Notes under the pieces: generated by a model | Seen by the model: the letters and a program-made list of their open reading frames with translations, nothing else | The model's database searches: none | What the model was told of the DNA's origin: nothing | Program-made: the position numbers and the translations under genes | From: an uncultured Eubacteriales bacterium | GTDB lineage: Bacteria; Acidobacteriota; Aminicenantia; Aminicenantales; Aminicenantaceae | Direction of reading: 5' to 3' | NCBI GenBank assembly: GCA_964435925.1 | Contig: CAYTBG010000002.1 | Location: 1,833 to 65,832 of the forward strand | DNA: 64,000 nucleotides | Shown: piece by piece, positions 1-8,870 of the stretch | Numbering within the stretch: the first letter of the stretch is position 1 | Layout of the letters: the number at the start of each line of letters is the position of its first letter

Positions 1-832
1 CGAGCATACGATCTTGCTCTATGATAAACAGGACCCACGGCAGAGCCAGTTCTCATATATGAAGGGTGAAGTCACAGACAGGGCTAAACTGAGCGAGGCT
101 TTTCGAGATGCAGATGTAGTGATACATCTGGCAGCTCTGCGGTCCCGTTACAACCATCTGCCGATGAAGGTGATGGAAACAAACATCTTAGGAACTTTCA
201 GTGTGCTCGAGGCAGCACGGAGCCAAGGAGTGGAAAAGTTGTTATTCTCCAGCAGCGACGCGGTTCTTGGAATAGCACAGAGTGTGAATGAGTTGGCTCC
301 CGAGTACGTACCGATAGACGAGAAACATCCCTTAAAGCCACAGGATCCTTACGGAATCAGCAAGATGCTAGGAGAGGAGATGTGCTGCTGCTATGCGGAA
401 GGATATGATATTGACATCATTGCCCTGCGGTTTTCGAACATTTTCTGTCCTGGGGACGAGCAAAAATATTTGACCGACGCAAAAGATCCATCAGCGAGGC
501 GTAAGTCCCTGTGGGCCTGGGTTCACGTGGAAGATGCAGTTTACGCTATTGTGTGCGCTCTTATGTCCGACCTGAAAGGGTATGATGTATTCCATATAGT
601 GGCTGAAGACGTATGTCTTTCGAATCCGAATATCCAGAATCTGATGGCTACTTACTTTCCTAAAACTCCAATTAGAAGACCTCTTTCCGATAAAGAAAGT
701 CTTATTGATTGCAGGAAGGCCAAGCATAAACTGGGCTTCCAACTGCGCAGTCGATTCGCCGAAGTGCTGACCATGGAAGATTCAGAGCCTCCTAGCAAGA
801 ATCATCGGGCGATTAAGGCCATGAAATCATAA
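1..832 (+). CDS. NAD-dependent epimerase/dehydratase (extended SDR), 5'-truncated by window edge; copy 1
   Basis: Frame continues from nt 2 with no stop (EHTILLYDKQ...). YxxxK catalytic motif present (PYGISK). Rossmann N-terminus lies outside the window; the paralog at 17144 shows VTGGSGKLAG upstream of the same region. Confidence 0.7.
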   Translation, partial: EHTILLYDKQDPRQSQFSYMKGEVTDRAKLSEAFRDADVVIHLAALRSRYNHLPMKVMETNILGTFSVLEAARSQGVEKLLFSSSDAVLGIAQSVNELAPEYVPIDEKHPLKPQDPYGISKMLGEEMCCCYAEGYDIDIIALRFSNIFCPGDEQKYLTDAKDPSARRKSLWAWVHVEDAVYAIVCALMSDLKGYDVFHIVAEDVCLSNPNIQNLMATYFPKTPIRRPLSDKESLIDCRKAKHKLGFQLRSRFAEVLTMEDSEPPSKNHRAIKAMKS

Positions 833-848
833 AGGTAACTAGATAATT

Positions 849-1820
849 ATGAAGATTGCGATAGTCTACCATCCGGCGCGAATGCGTGCGACCGAAGATA
901 AAATCCAAGGGTCACGCCGCAAACTCCTGTACCCCACTCTTACCCGCGTGCGCAAGGCATTCGAGCGTGCTCATAACAAGGTTGTGACTGTTGATGGACG
1001 AGGCAACCTGTTTGCGAAGATCAGGAGAGCCAAGCCAGATATAGTATTCAACTGGTACTCAATACCTGGCAGAGTCCAGTCATACGTACCTGCGATCTTG
1101 GAAAAGATGGGAATGCCTTACACTGGTTGCAGTGCTTTGTGCCATGCTCTGGCAATGCATAAGGGGCTGGCGGGTAAAGTCCTTCGATATGACAAGTTGC
1201 CGGTGCCGCAATTCGCCTTGGTCAATCGAAAACAACGGGAGCCATCTCGGCAGGTAGAATTTCCAATCCTGGTAAAGCCCTGCTCTTTAGGGGCGAGCGA
1301 AGGAGTATCAGAAGGGTCTTTTGTCGAGTCGGCCGAAGAACTGCCTGCAGCAATAGATGCTGTTCTTGCAGTAGACAAGGAAGCAGTCATAACAAAGTAC
1401 ATTCCTGGCCGCGAGATAACCGTCGGCGTCATCGGCAACAAAAAATTACAAATCCTGCCAATCCTAGAGAAACATTTCGAGACTAAGCGAGGAGCGCCTC
1501 GAATCTTTACAGAAAAGATGAAGAAGAAATCTACCCACTGGCAATATAACGTAACGGTACCTGAAATGAAAGCGGATGAGGAGACAGCTGTGAAGAAGGC
1601 AGCGACAAGGGCCTTTCGTTCGATTGGCTGTACTGACTATGCACGAGTGGACATCCGCCTGGATAAACAAGGGATTCCCTGGATTCTCGAGGTAAATACA
1701 CTCCCGGGGATTTATCCGAAATTCAGCCCAATGGCCAAGATGGCCAGTGAAATAGGCAAGCCAGCTGAGTATCTGGCCACGCGGATCCTAGAAGAAGCCG
1801 AAGAGAGGCACGGTCTATAA
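849..1820 (+). CDS. D-Ala-D-Ala ligase-family ATP-grasp enzyme; copy 1
   Basis: ATG 8 nt after the epimerase stop. Ddl-like motifs MPYTGCSALCHALAMHKG, FPILVKPCSLGASEGVS, GREITVGVIGN and ARVDIRLD...ILEVNTLPGI. N-terminal domain is atypical for Ddl (no GGxSxE). Confidence 0.7.
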   Translation: MKIAIVYHPARMRATEDKIQGSRRKLLYPTLTRVRKAFERAHNKVVTVDGRGNLFAKIRRAKPDIVFNWYSIPGRVQSYVPAILEKMGMPYTGCSALCHALAMHKGLAGKVLRYDKLPVPQFALVNRKQREPSRQVEFPILVKPCSLGASEGVSEGSFVESAEELPAAIDAVLAVDKEAVITKYIPGREITVGVIGNKKLQILPILEKHFETKRGAPRIFTEKMKKKSTHWQYNVTVPEMKADEETAVKKAATRAFRSIGCTDYARVDIRLDKQGIPWILEVNTLPGIYPKFSPMAKMASEIGKPAEYLATRILEEAEERHGL

Positions 1821-2064
1821 GAAGTGATCCCTGAGAGGGATTCGCTAGCCTTAGCAGGCAGTGCTCCCTGCGCGATTTTGGCCGCGAGAGCCTGGCCGCC
1901 TTGATGGCCAAAAGGCAGTAAATATATCACTTCGTCCCTTGCTGAGGAATGAGTACATGAGGTGGGAGCCCATTTTGAAAAACTCCATCACGAGACTCTC
2001 ATCAATGTGTCAAGTAAAGACAATCTTTGAATAGTCAAGCAAATTAAATCCTAGAACAAATAAT

Positions 2065-3216
2065 TTAATAGGATAGTTTTAAAATTTCTAAGACATCTTC
2101 CTTTTTCAGTTTCTTGAAGTTGCCAATCTCGCCAAAATAAACTGCCTTTGTTGCCATTTCTTCAAATTTTTCATAATTAATGTTTACTTGAGAAAATGTC
2201 TTTGGCATCTCTAAAGAGCTGAAAAAATCCCCTGTTTTTTGTATGCTTAAGTTAGCAATACCTGTTTTTTCTCCTGTATTAGGGATGTCCCACACGTTAT
2301 GAGCAAATTCTACAAATTTATTAACATTCTCGTTCATTACATATTTCATCCAGTTGGGAAACAGTATTGCCATGCCAACACCATGTGTTAGGTCATATAT
2401 TGCACTGACTTCATGTTCAATTTTGTGTGTTGCAAAGTCTCCCTTTTTGCCGAATGATAAAAGGCCGTTTAAGGCAAGACTTCCAGCCCACATTATGTTT
2501 GCTCTTGCTTCATAATCATTTGGGTTCGCTAAAACAATCGGTCCATACTTTATGCATGTTTTTAAGATGCCTTCAGCTAAACGATCCTGCAGATATGCTC
2601 CTTTTGTAGCATCGAAGTATTGCTCAAAAACATGGCTCATTATATCAACAATCCCTGCTGCTGTATGTGGTCGGGGCACAGTCATCGTATATGTTGGATC
2701 AAGTATTGAAAATTTTGGTCTTAGAAGATTTGATGTTATTGAGAGTTTTTGTTGTGTTTCTTCGTTATTGATTACTGCGCTTGCGTTTATTTCAGAAGCT
2801 GCTGCAGCCAAAGTCAAGATAGTTCCGATTGGAAGGGCCTTTTCTACTGTTGCTTTTCTCATGAATAAGTCCCAGACATCATCTGGATAATAGATCCCCG
2901 CCGCGATTGCTTTAGAGCAGTCTATAACACTCCCTCCTCCAGCAGCCAAGATAAAATCAACATTGTTTTCTGCGCATATCGTTATCCCTTTTTTTACACT
3001 TGAGAGTCTTGGATTTGGCTTTATTCCAGACAATTCGAAATATGTCTTATTTTTTAACGCATCAATAACTTTTTCATAGATACCATTTTTTTTGATACTC
3101 CCGCCGCCCCAAGCAAATAATATCCTGTTATAGTTTTTAATTTTGCTTTCTAAATTATTTATCTGGTCTTTGCCAAAAAGAATTTCTGTCGGAATTAGAT
3201 AGTCAAAATTTAACAT
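2065..3216 (-). CDS. iron-containing (group III) alcohol dehydrogenase
   Basis: 383 aa. GGGSVIDCSKAIAAG and downstream His-rich metal-binding region typical of Fe-ADH. Confidence 0.8.
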   Translation of the reverse strand: MLNFDYLIPTEILFGKDQINNLESKIKNYNRILFAWGGGSIKKNGIYEKVIDALKNKTYFELSGIKPNPRLSSVKKGITICAENNVDFILAAGGGSVIDCSKAIAAGIYYPDDVWDLFMRKATVEKALPIGTILTLAAAASEINASAVINNEETQQKLSITSNLLRPKFSILDPTYTMTVPRPHTAAGIVDIMSHVFEQYFDATKGAYLQDRLAEGILKTCIKYGPIVLANPNDYEARANIMWAGSLALNGLLSFGKKGDFATHKIEHEVSAIYDLTHGVGMAILFPNWMKYVMNENVNKFVEFAHNVWDIPNTGEKTGIANLSIQKTGDFFSSLEMPKTFSQVNINYEKFEEMATKAVYFGEIGNFKKLKKEDVLEILKLSY

Positions 3217-3573
3217 TTTAAAACCTCAAATTAAGTTTATTTTTATTGTTGATATTTTGTTATGACCAAAAAAATTAATATAAAAAATTAAATTATTTAA
3301 TACTATTCAAATTTTATCATAGACACCGGAGTATTTCCTCCATTATGCTTTGTATATGGAATTCAAGATTTCCTTTATAACCAAAGGAAAGGCATTTAGA
3401 GCATAAATTCAATGCTGAAAATTTATAGAGAAGCCCTTTCGGTCTATAGTTCTTAGGCGAACTCCAAATAAAAGGCGGTTTGACTCCTGATTTATTTGAT
3501 GATAGATAGTAAAAGAGTCATGCAATTAAGCAATCATGATATTTTATGAAGCTTATTATCGGAGATTAGAGAT

Positions 3574-4788
3574 ATGAAGAGTTTGGATGATTATCTTCCT
3601 ATTGTTGGAGAAAAGGTCATAGGGAATATTTATCAAAAAGCTCATCGCCTGATCAATAAACATATTGTGCATATAAATTCAACTGCCCAGGGAGGGGGTG
3701 TTGCCGAAATACTAAACAATCTTGTGCTTTTAATGAATGATGTTGGAATAGACACAGGCTGGAGAGTCTTGCTAGGGCCAGCGGATTTCTTTTCTGTGAC
3801 AAAGAAATTTCACAATGCCCTTCAGGGCGATAAAATTAATTTATCTAGTAACAAAAAAAATCTCTATTTGGATACAAATGAGCGGTTTTCCAAATTTACT
3901 CATCTGGATCATAATTGTGTTATAGTACACGACCCTCAACCTCTCCCTCTGATTAAATTTCACAGAAAAAAGCAGCCGTGGATTTGGCGATGTCATATTG
4001 ATCTCACTGACCCCAACAAGGAATTATGGAGTTATATTAAGCCCTTTATTCTCCGTTATGATATGATGATAATTTCAACTAAGCATTTCAAGAAGAATGA
4101 TCTTTTCGTTGAGCAACGAGTTATTCATCCTTCGATTGATCCTCTTTCTCCCAAAAACATGGATATATCAGATGATACTATTTCAAAGATTTTTAAGAAG
4201 TTTGATATTCCAACGGATAAACCCCTCATGACTCAGGTTTCTCGTTTTGATCCCTGGAAGGATCCAGAGGGAGTGCTAAGAGTGTTTGAGATTGTAAAAG
4301 AGAAAGTGGATTGCCGTCTTGTCTATTGTTATAACATGGCTGCTGATGATCCCGAGGGATTTGTGATATATAGCGTAATAGAGAAGAAAGCCAGGAAGTA
4401 TTTGAAAAAAGGTGATATTTTGTTCGTACGAGGAGATAATCAGATTTTAGTAAATGCTCTGCAGAGAAGATCTTCGGTCATCCTTCAAAAATCCACAAGG
4501 GAAGGTTTTGGCTTGTCACTTACTGAGGCTCAATGGAAGGGAATCCCTGTTGTGGCCTCGAAAATCGGCGGAATTCCTGAACAGGTTGTTAATAATAAAA
4601 CAGGATTCCTTGTGGACCCCGATGATTTTGCTGGATGTGCTGATAAAGTGATTACTCTCCTCGAGGATAAAAAACTTGCCAAAGAAATGGGAAGAGAAGG
4701 AAAAGAATTCATCAGAAATAATTTCCTTGTGACAAGGCATATAAGTGATTATTTGACACTTTTTATAGATGTCTTTGATAATTATTAA
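3574..4788 (+). CDS. treT: trehalose glycosyltransferring synthase (TreT-type, GT4)
   Basis: Motifs recalled from archaeal TreT: HINSTAQGGGVAEIL, FHNALQG, VHDPQP, WRCHIDL, SIDPLS, TQVSRFDPWKD, DDPEG, REGFGLSLTEAQWKGIPV, GFLV. RBS gagattagagatATG. Confidence 0.65.
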   Translation: MKSLDDYLPIVGEKVIGNIYQKAHRLINKHIVHINSTAQGGGVAEILNNLVLLMNDVGIDTGWRVLLGPADFFSVTKKFHNALQGDKINLSSNKKNLYLDTNERFSKFTHLDHNCVIVHDPQPLPLIKFHRKKQPWIWRCHIDLTDPNKELWSYIKPFILRYDMMIISTKHFKKNDLFVEQRVIHPSIDPLSPKNMDISDDTISKIFKKFDIPTDKPLMTQVSRFDPWKDPEGVLRVFEIVKEKVDCRLVYCYNMAADDPEGFVIYSVIEKKARKYLKKGDILFVRGDNQILVNALQRRSSVILQKSTREGFGLSLTEAQWKGIPVVASKIGGIPEQVVNNKTGFLVDPDDFAGCADKVITLLEDKKLAKEMGREGKEFIRNNFLVTRHISDYLTLFIDVFDNY

Positions 4789-5065
4789 TATCACTGATCC
4801 CTTTTCTTCCCTAATTGATTCCTTTTCAAGGGAAATATTCCAGGGCAAACTTTTCTTTGATTTATTTATTTTCAGACTATGTCTTACAAATTAGCAATAT
4901 TAAGCACTAACGAGGCAAATAGAAAAAAGAGAGACAGTCTTTCGGAAGCATCTCCAAAACCTTTTCTAATAACGGAGATGGAAATGCTTACCCCTTTTCG
5001 AGCTAATTTGATATTGTCTTTATTAAAGAGTAAAATAATAAATAAATAACCCCTCAAAATTCATC

Positions 5066-7282
5066 ATGAAGGGAAATAAAAAGTCGAAAGGTAAAATCAT
5101 TATTATTTCTAATAGACTGCCTGTAACGATAAGCAAAAGGAAAGATAAGCTGAAAATTCAACAGAGTCCGGGAGGATTGGCGACTTGTCTCCGTGCTATC
5201 CAAGAGGAGGAAAAGGCTATTTTTGTCGGTTGGCCTGGCTATTGGCCTGCAAACGTTGAAGAAAAAAGATTAATTGAGAACGACCTCGTAAATAACTACA
5301 AGAGCTATCCTATCTTTATTTCTCCAGCAGAAATCGGCAAATATTATTATGGTTTTGCAAACAGAACTCTCTGGCCTCTTTTTCATTATTTTTCGACTTA
5401 TTGTGCTTATGAAGAGTCAGAGTGGATTGCTTACAAAAGAGTGAATGAAAAATTTTTTCAGAAGGTATTCGATTTAGCCGATCCGCAGGATACCTTCTGG
5501 ATTCATGATTATCATCTTATGCTTCTTCCTGCTCTTATCAGAAAAAGTTTACCTCAAAGTGCAATTGGCTTTTTTCTGCATATCCCTTTTCCTTCTTCTG
5601 AGATATTTCGGACACTGCCGTGGCGAGAAGAGATTCTCGAAGGTTTCCTTGGAGCTGACCTCATAGGTTTTCATACCTATGAGTATGCTCAGCACTTTTT
5701 AAACAGCGTGTTGCTATTATTAGGATATGAACACGAGTTTGGAGAGATCCTTGTGGGCAACAGGATTGTAAGGGTAGAGAATTTTCCCATGGGGATCGAT
5801 TCCCTGGGTTTGAAGAATCTTCTGGAAGAGCCTTCAATACAGAAAGAAATCAAAAAGCTTGAGGAAAAAATATGGACAAAGAAGAGAAAGATCATTCTTT
5901 CTGTTGATCGCTTGGATTATACCAAAGGAATCCCGCAACGATTAAAAGGCATTGAGTTGTTTTTAGAGAAAAATCCCGAGTGGCACAACCGGTTTACTTA
6001 TATCATGTTATGTGTTCCCTCGAGGACTAAAGTTAAGCATTACTCTCTTCTCAAGGAAGAAGTTGATTCCCTGGTCGGAAGAATTAACGGCCGGTTTGGC
6101 GTGCCAGGTTGGATTCCTGTTCATTATATGTATCGTTCTCTTCCTTTTCATAAACTTTTCCCCCTCTATACTATAGCCGATGTTGCTCTCGTTACTCCCT
6201 TACGCGATGGGATGAATTTGGTTGCTAAAGAATACGTCACTTCTAAAAAAGATAATAAGGGTGTTCTTGTGCTCAGCGAGACAGCCGGGGCTGCTTCTGA
6301 ACTGGGAGAAGCCTTACTTGTTAATGTGAATAATAAAGAAGACATTGCCTCAGCATTGACTCAGGCTCTTGATATGAGTGAAGAAGAACAGGCAAGAGGG
6401 ATGGAATTAATGAGAAAGCGGCTCTTTGAATATGATGTGTTGCACTGGGCCAGAAGTTTTATCGAGAGAATTAAAGATGTTAAAAAAATTCAGTCTCAAC
6501 GTGAACATAGAAAGCTTAATGCAGAATGGGAGAAAAAACTCATATCTGATTTCAAAAGAAGTAAGAATCGACTCCTATTCCTGGATTATGATGGCACATT
6601 AGTTTCTTTTGCTACGAAACCTGAGCAGGCAAAACCAGATATAGGATTGATTAGGCTTCTTTTTTCAATGGGCAAGGATCCTCACAATACCTTGGTTATC
6701 GTTAGCGGAAGGGACCGGACAACAATAGAGCGCTGGCTGGGAAAGGTCCCTTGTGGTCTGGTTGCTGAACATGGTGCCTGGGTTAAAAGAGACGCTCGTC
6801 ATGGCTGGGAAAAGCAAAAGAGTCTATCCGGGGATTGGAAAGAACAATTAAAACCTATTCTCAAGACTTATGAATTTCGCGTTCCAGGTTCTCTGGTGGA
6901 AGAAAAAGAGTATGGAATTGCCTGGCATTATCGAAAGGCTAATCCAGAATTAGGTCAACTCAGGTCTGGTGAATTATTTGATTACTTAAATGAGTTTCTG
7001 GCCAATACAGATCTTCAGGTGATGCACGGCAATAAAGTTATTGAGGTGAGGATTTCTGGAATAAACAAAGGCAATGGTGTAATACCTTGGCTTTCTGAGA
7101 AAAGGTGGGATTTTATTCTTGCTTTGGGAGATGACTGGACTGATGAAGATCTATTTAAAATGTTACCAGCAACGGCTTATTCAATAAAAGTAAGCTACGG
7201 ACCGTCTCAAGCCAAGTTTTATCTGGAATCCCCCCAAACAGCCAGGAGTATGCTCCGTAAGTTGGTTAAAATTCAGAAATAA
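5066..7282 (+). CDS. otsA: bifunctional trehalose-6-phosphate synthase/phosphatase (OtsA-OtsB fusion; GT20 + HAD)
   Basis: 738 aa. N-terminal IIISNRLPV...GGLATCL GT20 signature. C-terminal LLFLDYDGTLV and GDDWTDEDLF HAD phosphatase motifs. Confidence 0.85.
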   Translation: MKGNKKSKGKIIIISNRLPVTISKRKDKLKIQQSPGGLATCLRAIQEEEKAIFVGWPGYWPANVEEKRLIENDLVNNYKSYPIFISPAEIGKYYYGFANRTLWPLFHYFSTYCAYEESEWIAYKRVNEKFFQKVFDLADPQDTFWIHDYHLMLLPALIRKSLPQSAIGFFLHIPFPSSEIFRTLPWREEILEGFLGADLIGFHTYEYAQHFLNSVLLLLGYEHEFGEILVGNRIVRVENFPMGIDSLGLKNLLEEPSIQKEIKKLEEKIWTKKRKIILSVDRLDYTKGIPQRLKGIELFLEKNPEWHNRFTYIMLCVPSRTKVKHYSLLKEEVDSLVGRINGRFGVPGWIPVHYMYRSLPFHKLFPLYTIADVALVTPLRDGMNLVAKEYVTSKKDNKGVLVLSETAGAASELGEALLVNVNNKEDIASALTQALDMSEEEQARGMELMRKRLFEYDVLHWARSFIERIKDVKKIQSQREHRKLNAEWEKKLISDFKRSKNRLLFLDYDGTLVSFATKPEQAKPDIGLIRLLFSMGKDPHNTLVIVSGRDRTTIERWLGKVPCGLVAEHGAWVKRDARHGWEKQKSLSGDWKEQLKPILKTYEFRVPGSLVEEKEYGIAWHYRKANPELGQLRSGELFDYLNEFLANTDLQVMHGNKVIEVRISGINKGNGVIPWLSEKRWDFILALGDDWTDEDLFKMLPATAYSIKVSYGPSQAKFYLESPQTARSMLRKLVKIQK

Positions 7283-7311
7283 AAAATTACTCCGATTTTT
7301 CCTGTGAAGAC

Positions 7312-7530
7312 TATCCTTTCAACCCTTATATCATATATATAATAATTTCAGCACAACTCAGCTGAATTTGACCCAAGAAATCGCGTTTTATTCTAAAATT
7401 TGCTTTTTCATTCAGAATATGTAAGAATACAAGAAAATGCGACTTAAATTTCTTTGATTCAGCACAAAAACCCCAATTTCTTTTAAGCTTTTTTTGTGAT
7501 GTTTTATTTTTTTTTCTAAGGAGATTTATT
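7312..7530 (+). promoter_or_regulatory. conserved ~215-bp non-coding leader element, copy A (promoter/5'-UTR candidate)
   Basis: Collinear, roughly 80% identical to 16611..16820. Starts just after a stop codon and ends at an AAGGAG RBS. Contains a conserved TTCAG...CTGAA hairpin and a TTGACC box. Confidence 0.4.
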
Positions 7531-7593
7531 ATGACACAAAAAGTAAAAACAGGAGATACAGTCAAGGTTCATTAGACTGGACGGTTTGAATAA
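7531..7593 (+). pseudogene. FKBP-type peptidyl-prolyl isomerase gene remnant (N-terminal 14 codons, then stops)
   Basis: MTQKVKTGDTVKVH*TGRFE* matches the FKBP N-terminal signature (K.GD.V.VHYTG.L.DG) but is interrupted by TAG and ends after about 20 codons. Confidence 0.35.
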
Positions 7594-7620
7594 GAACTTC
7601 ATATAAAAAAAAGAACAAAA

Positions 7621-8082
7621 ATGTTTACTTTTAAGAAAATTCTTTGGCCAACGGATTTTAGTGAGCCATCCTTTGAGGCGCTTAAAACAGCGAAAGAATT
7701 AGCCTCGCATTTCTCTTCCGAGCTATATCTTGTTCATGTTATCAGGCCAATGCCCCCTATTGTAGAAATTCCACGAGATCGGCCAAGCTTCAATGTTTCG
7801 TTGTATAGGAAAGAGCTCCGATCTTCCGCAGAAAAGTCACTCCAGGAAGTGATTAATAAAAAGGTTGGAAAAAGATTAAAAGTGCATGCTTTTGTTGCCA
7901 ACGGAGATGCAGCTGTTGAAATCAATCGCATTGCCAAAAGGGAACATATTGAACTTATTGTTATTGCAACTCAAGGTACCACTGGCAGGCGGAGTTTCTT
8001 TTTCGGGTCGGTTGCAGAGAAGGTGGTACGGATTGCCTCCACTCCTGTACTTACTATTAGATCTCCTCATAAAGAGGAATAA
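7621..8082 (+). CDS. universal stress protein (UspA family); copy 1
   Basis: 153 aa. ILWPTDFSE...LYLVHV...IVIATQGTTGRR...GSVAEKVVR, a typical USP ATP-binding pattern. Confidence 0.8.
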   Translation: MFTFKKILWPTDFSEPSFEALKTAKELASHFSSELYLVHVIRPMPPIVEIPRDRPSFNVSLYRKELRSSAEKSLQEVINKKVGKRLKVHAFVANGDAAVEINRIAKREHIELIVIATQGTTGRRSFFFGSVAEKVVRIASTPVLTIRSPHKEE

Positions 8083-8248
8083 TTAGTTTAGAGATTGGTT
8101 AATTAATTATGGAGGATCAGCATATTTTAGGTAACACATTTTATATGGGAATCGGTTGCACAATAGGCTGCGATTTTTCGCTTTAGATCTCTAAAAGGCG
8201 AAGAAGACTTTTCCCCTATTAATTGAAATATAAGGAGGCTTTAAAAGG

Positions 8249-8683
8249 ATGAAACGGAAATTTACACCAGCGCAGGTGACAGAGGGTAAGGTAGATTATA
8301 GCCTTGAAGAGTTTTTAAGGGATTTATGGGAAGATGTGAAATCTAATATATCCAAAGAGGTCCTTAATCGTCTGCCAGAAGGGAAAAAGAGAGACAGAAA
8401 ATATAATGAAGCGATAAGAGAAGTCTTTAATTTTGTATGTGATATCTGTTACTTGGCTGTGGTTGAGAAATCCTACTTGAAATTAGTGCTTAAACAATCT
8501 AACGAAGTGGAAAGAAAGCTTATAAAAAAGACAATTAAGGAGAATAAGAGCAATATTGATATGCTGTATGCTATCTTGAGGATGCATATAGCAAGAGGAC
8601 TCAAGGAGGGATTGACGAAGAAACAAGCTGTAAAAGCAACAGTTGAATATAGTAAGGAGTTAATTTCTAAATGGAGAAAGTAG
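8249..8683 (+). CDS. hypothetical protein (144 aa), conserved partner of UspA; copy 1
   Basis: Good RBS (aaggaggctttaaaaggATG). Paralog at 23133..23567 is nearly identical in its C-terminal half. Confidence 0.6.
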   Translation: MKRKFTPAQVTEGKVDYSLEEFLRDLWEDVKSNISKEVLNRLPEGKKRDRKYNEAIREVFNFVCDICYLAVVEKSYLKLVLKQSNEVERKLIKKTIKENKSNIDMLYAILRMHIARGLKEGLTKKQAVKATVEYSKELISKWRK

Positions 8684-8740
8684 GAATATAGGTTTAAAAA
8701 ACAAAGGATAAAACCTAAGCAAATTATAAAAGAAAATAAA

Positions 8741-8851
8741 ATGAAAAATATATTACGAAAGATGGGGATAGTGATAATGGCTTTAGTTATTGGGGCAACA
8801 ATTGTGATGATAGTGGGAACGGTAGTGATAATATGGGTAGTGACGGGATAA
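8741..8851 (+). CDS. possible small hydrophobic peptide (36 aa, single TM)
   Basis: MKNILRKMGIVIMALVIGATIVMIVGTVVIIWVVTG. No convincing SD, so weak. Confidence 0.2.
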   Translation: MKNILRKMGIVIMALVIGATIVMIVGTVVIIWVVTG

Positions 8852-8870
8852 AGAGGAGGAGCTCAAGAAT

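Larger units (their letters stand above)
1..1940 (+). repeat. segmental duplication unit A1 (epimerase + ATP-grasp + ~120 bp 3' flank)
   Basis: Collinear with 17208..19145, about nine in ten nucleotides identical by eye. Similarity ends just before the AsnB-like start in copy 2. Confidence 0.8.
7608..8690 (+). repeat. segmental duplication unit B1 (uspA + conserved spacer + 144-aa gene)
   Basis: Collinear with 22490..23575, including the 165-bp intergenic spacer. Confidence 0.75.

Noticed and set aside
596-612. tRNA T-arm-like string TTTCGAATCCG (also in the paralog near 17835)
   Set aside because: Lies inside a well-supported epimerase CDS in both copies, and no acceptor/anticodon-arm context is present. 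Coincidental.
1118-1930. Minus-strand ORFs overlapping the ATP-grasp gene (1118..1441, 1464..1670, 1712..1930)
   Set aside because: Antisense to a motif-rich CDS; Ala/Ser/Arg-rich translations typical of shadow ORFs.
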